From Alkalispirochaeta sp. (GTDB taxonomy: Bacteria > Spirochaetota > Spirochaetia > DSM-27196 > Alkalispirochaetaceae), in the NCBI GenBank assembly GCA_965242725.1, contig CBDESZ010000018.1:404578-468577 (forward strand): 64,000 bases of DNA, given 5' to 3'. Numbering within the stretch: position 1 is the stretch's first letter; each line of letters starts with the position of its first letter. Shown piece after piece: positions 1 through 9,289 of this stretch. The notes beneath the pieces were generated by a model. The model did no database searches. It saw only the letters and a program-made list of their open reading frames with translations, and was not told where the DNA came from. Both the position numbers and the translations under genes were made by a program.

Positions 1-882
1 ATTCCCGATGATGAACTGCGTCGCCGACATGCTGATAATCGTCACGATGATCGGGTTCCACTCCGGCAGAAACTGAACGAGCGCGAATATCGCGGTTATG
101 ACGGTAATCGCGATGGAACCGATGCTTGGAATGAAATTGAAGAGAAATGTCATCACCGCCCAGATAAAGGGAAAATCGACGCCGATGAGTCGAAAAGCGG
201 TGTAGACAATCACCGCCGTGAGACCGCTGACGAGGATCTTTACCGCCATGTACCGTCCGATCTGACTGGTAACATGAATCAAGACGCGATTGAACCGGCG
301 TGTCGTTTCATACCGGACGGCAAGTTCCATCTTTCTCCGGACGTACGGTTTTTCAAGGAGCAGAAAGAGGAGGAAGATGAAGACGAGCATGAAGCCGCTG
401 AGAAAGGACATGAGATTTCCCGAGAGGTCGAGAACCATATTCCCCACCGTCCTGGTCACTTCGAGATCACTGATGATCGTCGAGGGCAGGTCAAAGCGCA
501 TAATCATGTCTGAAAGGAGCTGGGTGAAACGCTGCTGATAGCGGGGAAACTCTCTCAGGAGGCTCTGTACGCTGGTATAGACGATCTGAAATCCCAGATA
601 CCCGAAGGCAAGAAAGACGATGAGTACCAGAGAAATGGCGAGAAACCGGGGCATCCTGTGCTTTGTCAGAAAGGTCGCCATCGGAGAAAAAACGAAGGAA
701 AGCAGAATGGCGATGACAAAGGGTATAAAGATCTCCCCCGTCAGACGCAGGACGCCTCCCACGGCGACGAGGGCGATAATAAAGAGATACACGGTGCTGG
801 CCCGTAAAAAACCCTGGGGCATCCTGATCTGTCTCAGCGCAGCACTCCGGGATGTGGAATCGGACTTTTTGTCATGATCCAT
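1..882 (-). CDS. AI-2E family transporter (runs off window start)
   Basis: Manual translation from ATG at 882: MDHDKK...IPFVIAILLSFVFSP...; multi-TM protein containing NFIPSIGS and QFIIGN, typical of AI-2E/PerM. Not in ORF track because there is no stop in the window. Confidence 0.8.
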   Translation of the reverse strand, partial: MDHDKKSDSTSRSAALRQIRMPQGFLRASTVYLFIIALVAVGGVLRLTGEIFIPFVIAILLSFVFSPMATFLTKHRMPRFLAISLVLIVFLAFGYLGFQIVYTSVQSLLREFPRYQQRFTQLLSDMIMRFDLPSTIISDLEVTRTVGNMVLDLSGNLMSFLSGFMLVFIFLLFLLLEKPYVRRKMELAVRYETTRRFNRVLIHVTSQIGRYMAVKILVSGLTAVIVYTAFRLIGVDFPFIWAVMTFLFNFIPSIGSIAITVITAIFALVQFLPEWNPIIVTIISMSATQFIIGN

Positions 883-939
883 GATCGCTACCCTATAAGG
901 CAAACCGCCTTTATTCAACGGCACAGCCGACGCTGAGAT

Positions 940-990
940 AAGAAAGCGCCTCGACTTCCGCCCGACATTGTGTCGAACCCGCCGAGGCGC
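940..990 (-). terminator. Probable intrinsic terminator after lpdA
   Basis: gcgcctcg (946-953) pairs with cgaggcgc (983-990), with inner pairing; followed by TTTCTT on the minus strand. Confidence 0.55.
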
Positions 991-1015
991 CCCGGATCTC
1001 GCGTATGCCGCCGGA

Positions 1016-2407
1016 TTAGAAGTGGATCGCCCACCCTTCGGCGGCACGGGCGCTTTCCATCACCGCCTCCGAAAGCGTCGGATGGGCGTGAATCATCGTC
1101 GCAATGTCCTCCGGCAGGAGTTCCGCCTTCTTGGCAAGAAGGAGCTCATGGATCAACTCCGTGGCATTGTACCCGACGATGTGGGCACCGAGTATTTCCC
1201 GTGTCTCCTTGTCCAGAACGACCTTTACGAGGCCTTCGCTCTTTTCAACGGCGACGGACTTGCCGGCACCGCGATAGGGGAAGGTCGCCACATCAACGGG
1301 CCGCTTCCGCTCCTGTGCGGCCTTTTCGGTCAGACCGAAACTGCCGATCTCCGGTTCGCAGTACACGGCGGACGGAATCGACTGGGGATCAATTTTCGCC
1401 TCCGGCGAGTGGCCCGCCATGTATTCAACGGCGATTTCTCCCTCTTTGCTTGCCACATGGGCGAGAAGCGGTGAGGCGATGACGTCGCCGATTGCGTAAA
1501 CGCCCGGCACGGACGTCTGGTAATAGTCACCCACGGTGATGAACCCCTTTTCCGTCTTCACACCGATTGTATCAAGACCGAGATTTTCGGAGTTGGGCGC
1601 CCGCCCGACGGCAACGAGGATCTTGTCTGCGTTGAGGGTCTCCTTGGAGCCGTCGGCGCTTTCCACATCCAGCTTTATTCCTTTGCCCTTGGTGTCCAGA
1701 TTTGTCGCTTTTGTACCGGTCATCGTTTTCACGCCGTACCGTTTGAACGCCTTTGCAACGATGTCCACCGTTTCGGCGTCTTCAAGGGGCAGCAGCTGAT
1801 CAAGCATTTCCACCACCGTCACATCTACGCCGAAGGCGTTCATGACATAGGCAAATTCCATACCGATCGCCCCGGCACCGAGAATGATCAGCGACTTCGG
1901 CAGCTCCGACATCCCGAGAATATCTCGCGATGAAAGAACCTTTTTCCCGTCAAACTCAAAACCGGGAATCTCCCGGGAACGGGACCCGGTGGCAATGAGA
2001 ATGTTTTTGGCGGAAATACTCTTCTTCCCGTCGATGGATACTTCATGGGCTGCGGTAAACTGCGCCGTACCCTCTATGTATTCGATCTTGTTTTTCTTGA
2101 GAAGGGACTGCACGCCTTTGGACAGCTTGGACGCCGCGTCACGTGATTTTTTGTGAACTTTTCCGTAATCAAGGCCGCTCTTATCCACGGTGACGCCGAT
2201 TTTTTGCAGCTCCTCCGTGTCGTGCATGATTTCAGCCTGATGGATAAGTGCCTTGGAGGGAATGCACCCCCAGTTGAGGCAGACGCCGCCCGGCGCCTCC
2301 TTCTCCACGACGGCCGCCTTTAATCCGAGCTGGGAAGCACGGATCGCCGCGACATAGCCTCCCGGCCCCGCCCCTATGATAAGTACATCGTAATCGTAAT
2401 CTGCCAT
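1016..2407 (-). CDS. lpdA: Dihydrolipoyl dehydrogenase (E3)
   Basis: GAGPGGY, GGVCLNWGCIPSK redox disulfide, HAHPTLSE C-terminus. Confidence 0.97.
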   Translation of the reverse strand: MADYDYDVLIIGAGPGGYVAAIRASQLGLKAAVVEKEAPGGVCLNWGCIPSKALIHQAEIMHDTEELQKIGVTVDKSGLDYGKVHKKSRDAASKLSKGVQSLLKKNKIEYIEGTAQFTAAHEVSIDGKKSISAKNILIATGSRSREIPGFEFDGKKVLSSRDILGMSELPKSLIILGAGAIGMEFAYVMNAFGVDVTVVEMLDQLLPLEDAETVDIVAKAFKRYGVKTMTGTKATNLDTKGKGIKLDVESADGSKETLNADKILVAVGRAPNSENLGLDTIGVKTEKGFITVGDYYQTSVPGVYAIGDVIASPLLAHVASKEGEIAVEYMAGHSPEAKIDPQSIPSAVYCEPEIGSFGLTEKAAQERKRPVDVATFPYRGAGKSVAVEKSEGLVKVVLDKETREILGAHIVGYNATELIHELLLAKKAELLPEDIATMIHAHPTLSEAVMESARAAEGWAIHF

Positions 2408-2435
2408 TGTTTTCCTCCCTGTATTCCAGCTCGTC

Positions 2436-3779
2436 CTAGAAGATCATCCGGACAGGTTGTTCCATGATTCCCTGAAGATCTGCAAGGAATTTTCCACCTG
2501 CGGCGCCGTCGATAACACGATGGTCACAGGACAACGTCATTTTCATGATTGACGCGACACCGATGGAACCGTCGTCTTTGACGATCGGAGTCTTCCTGGT
2601 GGCACCGAGGGCGAGTATGGCCGAACCCGGGGGATTGATGATCGCCGTAAACTCCTCAACACCGAAAGAACCGAGATTGCTGATTGTGAACGTTGCACCG
2701 GTGTACTCACTGGGCTGGAGTTTTCCCTCCCGGGTTTTCCTGATCAGTTCCTGCAGCTCTTCATCGATTTCACGGACTCCCCTATTTCCGCAGTTCCGCA
2801 CGACCGGCGTGATCAGCCCGTTGCCCAGATCCACGGCAAGACCGATATCGATGCTGCCGTACTGGACGATCTTGTCTCCCTGCCACGACGCATTGATATG
2901 GGGATGGCGCTTGATCGCCTCGGCGGCAAATTTGATGAAAAAGGCGTTGAGGGAAACTTTGTTGTCCAGCGTATCGTTGAGAAATTTTCTCGCGGCCACG
3001 ATGTTTTCCATGGCAACCGACATCTTGAGGTAGTAGTGGGGTGCGGAAAACTTGCTTTCGCTCAACCGCTTGGCGATGACCGCCCGCTTCCCTGCAACCG
3101 GGATTTCCTGGTCACCCGGCGCTGCCGCCCCCGCGGCGGGGGCGTTGCCGGTAACCGACGATGCCGGAATACCCCTGAACGATTCGATATCGCGTTTCAC
3201 GATACGCCCGTCGGGACCGCTGCCGGTGACATAGGAGAGGTTGATATTCCGTTCCGCCGCGAGTTTCACCGCCAGGGGACTCGCCTTTATGCGTCCGCTT
3301 TCACCCCGCTGCGGTCCCGTCTGGGGAGCGGAACTCCTGGTTTCGTCCTTCCCGTCCGCCGGTTTTTCACTTTTCCCGGCTGTTGCCTTTTCCTGACTTT
3401 TTTCCTTTTCCCCGCCGGCCTCTTCTTTCTTTTTCCCGGCGTCGGGAGCGGGGGTACTCTCTTCTTTTTCTTCTTCTTTTTTGGCCCCCGATTCGCCGCC
3501 TTCCGCGGAGACGTCTTCCATGATTGAGGAGATGTCCTCACCTTCCTCTCCGAGTATGGCGATCGTCTGACCTACGGTGGCGTTGTTGCCTTCGGTGACG
3601 ACAATCTTGAGGAGCGTGCCCTCCTGGGTCGCCTCGTAATCCATGCTCGCCTTGTCGGTCTCCACCTCACAGAGGACGTCGCCGGCGGCGATGGTGTCGC
3701 CTTCCTTCTTATTCCAGCTCGTGATGGTTCCCTCTTCCATGGTGGGAGAAAGAGCCGTCATCGGTATCTTTTCTGCCAT
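2436..3779 (-). CDS. pdhC: Pyruvate dehydrogenase E2 acetyltransferase
   Basis: Lipoyl motif EVETDKA, E3-binding GSGPDGRI, catalytic DHRVIDGA. Confidence 0.95.
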   Translation of the reverse strand: MAEKIPMTALSPTMEEGTITSWNKKEGDTIAAGDVLCEVETDKASMDYEATQEGTLLKIVVTEGNNATVGQTIAILGEEGEDISSIMEDVSAEGGESGAKKEEEKEESTPAPDAGKKKEEAGGEKEKSQEKATAGKSEKPADGKDETRSSAPQTGPQRGESGRIKASPLAVKLAAERNINLSYVTGSGPDGRIVKRDIESFRGIPASSVTGNAPAAGAAAPGDQEIPVAGKRAVIAKRLSESKFSAPHYYLKMSVAMENIVAARKFLNDTLDNKVSLNAFFIKFAAEAIKRHPHINASWQGDKIVQYGSIDIGLAVDLGNGLITPVVRNCGNRGVREIDEELQELIRKTREGKLQPSEYTGATFTISNLGSFGVEEFTAIINPPGSAILALGATRKTPIVKDDGSIGVASIMKMTLSCDHRVIDGAAGGKFLADLQGIMEQPVRMIF

Positions 3780-3784
3780 TGGTC

Positions 3785-4765
3785 CTACTCCTTGTATGTT
3801 ACCCGTTTCACTGCGGCGATTACCTTTTCCACCGACGGCTGGATTGCGAGTTCCAGCGTGTGGTTATAGGGCATCGGCACGTCTTCACTGTGGACAAACT
3901 CCACAGGAGCATCGAGATCGTCAAAGCAATTCCGGGAGACGAGCCAGCCCACGTGTGAACCGACACTCGCCATCGGCCATGACTCGTCGATGACGACGGC
4001 CCGATTGGTCTTTCGGACGCTTCTATAAATCGTCTCTTCATCGAGGGGACGAAGGCTCCGCAGGTCGACCACTTCCGCATTAATGCCCATGTCGGCGAGC
4101 TCCTCCGCCGCTTTCAGGACCATGTAGACCGGTTTGCCGTGGGCGATAAGGGTAACATCGTCGCCTTCCCGCTTGATATCGGCCTTGCCGAAAGGTATGA
4201 GGTACTCTTCCTCGGGCACCTCTCCCGTCCACCCGTAGGCGAGTTCGCTTTCCAGCATGATCACCGGATTGTCATCCCGTATCGCCGTCTTCAGGAGTCC
4301 CTTGGCGTCGTACGGCGTTGCCGGGGCGATAACTTTGAGCCCGGGAACATGGACAAAGAAGCTCTGCAGCGCCTGGGAGTGCTGGGAAGAGAGATACTCC
4401 GCCGGTCCGTTTGCACCGCGAAAGACGATGGGCACCTTCAGCTGTCCCCCCGACATATGGCGCAGCTTTGCTGCGTTGTTGATAACCTGATCGAGCGCGA
4501 GGAGGGCGAAGTTGAAGGTCATCCACTCCACAATCGGCCGCAGTCCGACGGTTGCCGCACCGACGGCGAGTCCGGAAAACCCGAGTTCCGTGATCGGCGT
4601 GTCCAGAACACGCTTTTCTCCGTATTTGTCGAGAAGACCCTTACTTACCTTGTAGGCGCCGTTGTACTGCCCGACCTCTTCACCGAGGAGAAAAACCTTT
4701 TCGTCCCGAGCCATCTCCTCGTCCATGGCCTGGCGAATCGCTTCCCGCATTTGAATTTCTGGCAT
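3785..4765 (-). CDS. pdhB: Pyruvate dehydrogenase E1 beta
   Basis: GEEVGQYNGAYKVS, DTPITE, SQHSQ; operon context. Confidence 0.95.
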   Translation of the reverse strand: MPEIQMREAIRQAMDEEMARDEKVFLLGEEVGQYNGAYKVSKGLLDKYGEKRVLDTPITELGFSGLAVGAATVGLRPIVEWMTFNFALLALDQVINNAAKLRHMSGGQLKVPIVFRGANGPAEYLSSQHSQALQSFFVHVPGLKVIAPATPYDAKGLLKTAIRDDNPVIMLESELAYGWTGEVPEEEYLIPFGKADIKREGDDVTLIAHGKPVYMVLKAAEELADMGINAEVVDLRSLRPLDEETIYRSVRKTNRAVVIDESWPMASVGSHVGWLVSRNCFDDLDAPVEFVHSEDVPMPYNHTLELAIQPSVEKVIAAVKRVTYKE

Positions 4766-4787
4766 TCTTTACTCCTTTCGCTTCGCC

Positions 4788-5768
4788 TCAGGCGAGGATA
4801 TCTTCATACATCGTATGGAGGGCCGGTTCTTCGCTCTTCTCCGCAAAATCAACGGAGTCTTGGACGATTTGCTTCATTTCATCGTCGAGCTTTTTGAAGT
4901 CCTCTTCCTTCAGGATCTTTGCCTCCATGAGCTGACTCTTCAGCTGGACGATGGGATCCTGCTTTTTGTACTGCTCCAGCTCATCTTTCGTCCGGTATTT
5001 GGCGGGATCGCTTATTGAATGGCCCTTGTACCGATACGTCTTCAGGTCAACCAGATAGGCCGTACCGCTCTTCCTGGACTCGTCGGCGACTTCCTTGAGC
5101 CCTTCATAGACATCCAGGAAATCCATTCCGTTGATCACCTTGCCCTTCAGACCGTATCCCTCGGCCTTGACTGAAAAGTCGTCGATACCGGAGACACGAT
5201 GCACAGCGGTTCCCATTCCAAAGTGGTTGTTCTCCACGATATAGACAATCGGAATGTTCCAGATCTTTGCGAGATTGAGGCTTTCATGGAACGCGCCCTG
5301 ATGTATGGCGCCGTCGCCGAAGAAGCAGAAGGTTACCCCCCCGTCTTCGTCGTACATGTGCTTGAATGCAACGCCCGTGGCAATGGGAATCTGCGCACCG
5401 ACAATGCCGTTCCCGCCGAGGAAGTGGCGTTCGGCATCGAACATATGCATGGAACCGCCCTTACCCCGGACACACCCCGTTATCTTGCCGAAGAGCTCGG
5501 CCATGATGCTTTCCGGCGACATCCCGACGGCCAGCGCGTGTCCGTGGTCGCGATAGGAGGTAAGTATGTAGTCCTTGGCGAGATCCAGCGCCGCCACTGC
5601 ACCGACCGCTACGGCCTCCTGTCCATTGTAGAGGTGGAGAAAGCCGCCGATTTTTCTCAGACCGTACATTTGTGCCGCTTTTTCCTCAAACCGGCGTATG
5701 AGCAGCATGTCCCGCAACGCCTTCATGAGAAAGTCCTTTTTGTATTTCTTGATATCCGACATGTTCAC
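4788..5768 (-). CDS. pdhA: Pyruvate dehydrogenase E1 alpha
   Basis: IGGFLHLYNGQEA, GKGGSMH, TPP motif GDGA...ENN, YRYKGHSISDP. Confidence 0.96.
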   Translation of the reverse strand: MNMSDIKKYKKDFLMKALRDMLLIRRFEEKAAQMYGLRKIGGFLHLYNGQEAVAVGAVAALDLAKDYILTSYRDHGHALAVGMSPESIMAELFGKITGCVRGKGGSMHMFDAERHFLGGNGIVGAQIPIATGVAFKHMYDEDGGVTFCFFGDGAIHQGAFHESLNLAKIWNIPIVYIVENNHFGMGTAVHRVSGIDDFSVKAEGYGLKGKVINGMDFLDVYEGLKEVADESRKSGTAYLVDLKTYRYKGHSISDPAKYRTKDELEQYKKQDPIVQLKSQLMEAKILKEEDFKKLDDEMKQIVQDSVDFAEKSEEPALHTMYEDILA

Positions 5769-5777
5769 TCCCTCTGA

Positions 5778-6215
5778 TTACGCCGTAGCGCTGTAATGCT
5801 CGCCCTTCATGGGACGGTAATAGTCGATCTGCTCAATCATCGTCTCAATGACGACCAGGTCCGTTTCATTCGGGTTGATATGCCAGAACGCCATCATGTG
5901 AGGTCCTATCGCCTCGAGAACATCCGACTTGAGGGTGGGATTGTCGATGATCGTCGCCTTTCCGACGATTTCCACAACCTCGTCGAGAGATTTCGTCTGG
6001 ATGAGCCATGAGACTCGGGCGTGTTCATTGATGTGATTTACCTTCCGGAAACTCGGTGCCGTCACCGAATATAACGATCCCGACTGACCGCGAAGTACCG
6101 TCGGAGTCATCCAACGACTGGAGGGCCTCCCTTTTTCATCCACCGTCGAGAGAACGGCGGCGTGCGAACTGTCGAGTATGCGTTCCGCCACATCCAAGAG
6201 TGAGTTGAGCTCCAT
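5778..6215 (-). CDS. Pyridoxamine 5'-phosphate oxidase-like (FMN split-barrel) protein
   Basis: AVLSTVDEKGRPSSRWM and RKVNHI..VS motifs; GGAGGAAGG RBS supports ATG at 6215 rather than the ORF-track start. Confidence 0.75.
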   Translation of the reverse strand: MELNSLLDVAERILDSSHAAVLSTVDEKGRPSSRWMTPTVLRGQSGSLYSVTAPSFRKVNHINEHARVSWLIQTKSLDEVVEIVGKATIIDNPTLKSDVLEAIGPHMMAFWHINPNETDLVVIETMIEQIDYYRPMKGEHYSATA

Positions 6216-6322
6216 TTTCCTTCCTCCTGCAATTCGTGAGTGCTTGATTTCTTCATGGTGACCGCTACAATGTAATAAAACCATCGGGTTTTGTAACCTC
6301 TCAAAACCGACAGGGAGCATAA

Positions 6323-6375
6323 TTGCTGACTAAAACAACTATACTTTAGTAGATATCCCTTGTTATACTCAGCAA
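6323..6375. promoter_or_regulatory. Inverted pair of 16-bp motifs in the pdh/nqr divergent intergenic region
   Basis: ttgctgactaaaacaa (6323-6338) vs reverse complement of 6360-6375, ttgctgagtataacaa: 14/16 identical. Confidence 0.5.
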
Positions 6376-6433
6376 AGGATAATTCTGTATCTATAAAAAG
6401 GCTGACAATTTCAGTCGGAAGTCAGGAGGGCTT

Positions 6434-7477
6434 GTGTTTCAGAAACAGGTTGTCATGCGACGGGTGGTTTTTTCCCTCATTCCCTTGTTTCTGTTTGCGA
6501 CATTTCTCTACGGTTGGCGGGTGGTCGTCACCACCGCCCTGGTCTTTGCCCTTGGTATTGGGACGGAATACCTCTTTGAGAGAAGTCGCAAAAAGAAAGT
6601 AAGTGAAGCGGTTCTGGTAACAAGCGCGCTCTATGCGCTCTCATTGCCGCCGGCAACGCCGTTATGGATCGCGGCGATAGGCATCATTTTTGCCGTCGCC
6701 GTTGGAAAGGGCGTGTACGGGGGATTCGGCCGAAATATCTACAATCCGGCTATTACCGGGCGACTCTTCATATACATTACCTTCCCCACGGTCCTCACCA
6801 CGGCGTGGATGGTTCCGGCAATGGTTGATGTCGCCGGCGCCATGGGATTGACCGGCGCGTTCGGTACCTCCGGTCAGGTTGCCGTCGACACCATTACCGC
6901 GGCAACACCGCTTGCGGTCATGCGCTCCGGGGAAATGCCCAACCTGTGGAACCTCTTTCTCGGATTCCGCGGCGGATCGATGGGTGAAAGCAGTACGATC
7001 CTGATCATCGCCGCCGCCACCTACCTCATGTGGACCAAAACGGCAAACTGGAAGTTCATCACCTCCACATTTACAAGCGCTCTCGTCTTTACAATCGCGT
7101 TTTACTTTGCCGACCTGATTCCCGGCGTATCTCCTTCGTCATATTCAGGGGCGGGACATCTGGTACCCATCGCGGCATACATGATGAGCGGAAGCATTCT
7201 CTACGTCGCCGTTTTCATGTCCACCGATCCCATTTCCGGACCGAATAATCCAAAGGCCCAATGGGTGTACGGATTCCTCATCGGCGGTGTTTCCATGACC
7301 GTCCGCACCTTCAGCGGTTTTCCCGAGGGAACGAGTTTCGGCATCATGATCGGGAACACTTTCAGTGCCCTTCTTGATGAGCTGCTGCCCAAGAAGAAAA
7401 AGAAAAAACAGAAAAAGCAGAAAGTGGCGGCCGCGCCGCCGGAGACGGCTGATTCCGGTCAGGAGGCGACCGTATGA
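6434..7477 (+). CDS. nqrB: NqrB/RnfD family membrane subunit
   Basis: GGFGRNIYNPA, FMN site DTITAATPL, GSMGESS, FMSTDPIS; AGGAGG RBS. Confidence 0.85.
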   Translation: MFQKQVVMRRVVFSLIPLFLFATFLYGWRVVVTTALVFALGIGTEYLFERSRKKKVSEAVLVTSALYALSLPPATPLWIAAIGIIFAVAVGKGVYGGFGRNIYNPAITGRLFIYITFPTVLTTAWMVPAMVDVAGAMGLTGAFGTSGQVAVDTITAATPLAVMRSGEMPNLWNLFLGFRGGSMGESSTILIIAAATYLMWTKTANWKFITSTFTSALVFTIAFYFADLIPGVSPSSYSGAGHLVPIAAYMMSGSILYVAVFMSTDPISGPNNPKAQWVYGFLIGGVSMTVRTFSGFPEGTSFGIMIGNTFSALLDELLPKKKKKKQKKQKVAAAPPETADSGQEATV

Positions 7478-8079
7478 ACAAGCAGAGTCTCGTATATACC
7501 GTCATATTTACCTTCATCGTTTCCTTCGTGTTCGTACTTGTATTGTCTTTTGCAAACGAGGGTACCCGGGAACGGGTTGAACTGAACCAGCAACTCAATC
7601 GTCAGCGGGCGATCCTCAATGCCCTCGGCGTCGAGTATTCCGGACCGGATCAGGTACTGAGCCTCTTTGAGGATGTCGAGGAAGTCGAACGGGGAGGTAT
7701 GACCTTTTACCGCACCGTCGTGGACGGCGAGCAGGCGTACGCAAAAGAGTTCAACGGCAGCGGCCTGTGGGGCAATATCAACGGCATTATCGCCGTTGAC
7801 GGAGAGGTGAACAGGACCCTCGGACTGGAGATCATCAGTCATAATGAGACACCCGGCCTGGGAGGGCGTATCGATGAACCCTGGTTCAAGGAACAATTGC
7901 GGAATGAGCGCATCGTCGACGGCACGATCCGCGTGAGCGGAGCCGGCGAAGGCGACGAGGATCACGACAACGGAGAAATTGACGCCATTACCGGTGCTTC
8001 GAGGACGAGTGATGCCATGCAAGTGATATTCAATAATCAGCTGTCGGACATTTCCGACGCATTGGGAGGTAACTCATGA
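7474..8079 (+). CDS. nqrC: NqrC/RnfG FMN-binding subunit
   Basis: N-terminal TM, GSGLWG, HNETPGLGG, flavinylation motif DAITGAS. Confidence 0.85.
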   Translation: MNKQSLVYTVIFTFIVSFVFVLVLSFANEGTRERVELNQQLNRQRAILNALGVEYSGPDQVLSLFEDVEEVERGGMTFYRTVVDGEQAYAKEFNGSGLWGNINGIIAVDGEVNRTLGLEIISHNETPGLGGRIDEPWFKEQLRNERIVDGTIRVSGAGEGDEDHDNGEIDAITGASRTSDAMQVIFNNQLSDISDALGGNS

Positions 8080-8681
8080 GCACCTCTGGTCAGATACTCA
8101 AAGACAATCTCTGGTCGAATAATCCGATCTTTATGCAGGTTCTCGGAATATGTTCCGCCCTCGCGGTGACGAATCTGCTTGTAAACACGATGATCATGAC
8201 CATCGGGGTGACCTTTGTGACGGCGATGTCGAGCTTCACCGTCTCGATGATCAAGTCGCTCATTCCCCGAAAGGTACGGATGATCGTACAGACCCTGGTC
8301 ATAGCATTCTACGTAATCATCGTTGACATTCTCCTCAGGGCGTATCTTCCGGATATCAGTCGTGCCCTTGGACCGTATGTGGGGCTGATCATCACAAACT
8401 GCATCATCATGGGCCGGGCGGAGGCGTTTGCCCAGAGCAATCCGCCCCTCATTTCCATGTGGGACGGTGCGACCAGCGGCTTCGGCTATATGGCGGTACT
8501 GCTGACTATCGCATTTTTCCGGGAGCTCCTCGGCTTTGGAACGCTCTTCGGATACCAGGTATTACCCGACGCATTTGTACCGTGGACGATCATGGTTACC
8601 GCACCGAGTGCCTTTTTCTTCCTCGGCGGTATCATTTGGGCGGGCAAGACGATCATGAATCGTGAAGGAGCGGCAGCATGA
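8076..8681 (+). CDS. nqrD: NqrD (RnfE family) subunit
   Basis: NNPIFMQVLGICSALAVT and VGLIITNCIIMGRAEAFA are NqrD-type. Confidence 0.88.
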   Translation: MSTSGQILKDNLWSNNPIFMQVLGICSALAVTNLLVNTMIMTIGVTFVTAMSSFTVSMIKSLIPRKVRMIVQTLVIAFYVIIVDILLRAYLPDISRALGPYVGLIITNCIIMGRAEAFAQSNPPLISMWDGATSGFGYMAVLLTIAFFRELLGFGTLFGYQVLPDAFVPWTIMVTAPSAFFFLGGIIWAGKTIMNREGAAA

Positions 8682-9277
8682 ACGCGGCACCACTGTTAAA
8701 TCCCTTTTCACTCTTTTTTGCGTCGATTTTTACGAGCAATATCCTTCTCGCAAACTTCCTCGGCATGTGCTCGTTCATATCCATATCCAAGGATATGACC
8801 TCTTCAAACGGACTGGGCATGGCGGTAACGGTGGTACTCACCATAACCACCGCACTCAACTGGGTTATTCTCAACTACGTGCTCGTCCCGCTGCAGGTGG
8901 AATATCTGCGCTTCATCGTATTCATCATTTCCATCGCTGCGGTCGTTCAAATGCTTGAAATGATCATTGACCGTGTATCCCAGGCACTCTACATGAGTCT
9001 GGGAATCTTTCTGCCCCTCATCACGGTTAACTGCGCAATTCTGGGTGTCTCCCTTTTCATGGAGATCCGGAATTACACGTTCCTCCAAAGCGTGATATAC
9101 GGATTCGGTTCCGGCCTTGGATGGTGGCTCGCCATTATGGCTCTTTCGGCGATTCGGAAGAAAACCGAGAAGGCGCCGGTTCCCGCAGGACTGAAAGGGC
9201 CGGGAATCACCGTCATTACCATTGGGTTCATGGCAATGGCCTTTATCGGGTTTTCCGGCATGCTCTCGGTTCAATAA
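8678..9277 (+). CDS. nqrE: NqrE (RnfA family) subunit
   Basis: FLGMCSF, LGIFLPLITVNCAILG, GSGLGWWLAI, VPAGLKG. Confidence 0.88.
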   Translation: MNAAPLLNPFSLFFASIFTSNILLANFLGMCSFISISKDMTSSNGLGMAVTVVLTITTALNWVILNYVLVPLQVEYLRFIVFIISIAAVVQMLEMIIDRVSQALYMSLGIFLPLITVNCAILGVSLFMEIRNYTFLQSVIYGFGSGLGWWLAIMALSAIRKKTEKAPVPAGLKGPGITVITIGFMAMAFIGFSGMLSVQ

Positions 9278-9289
9278 GGAGTTCTTCAG

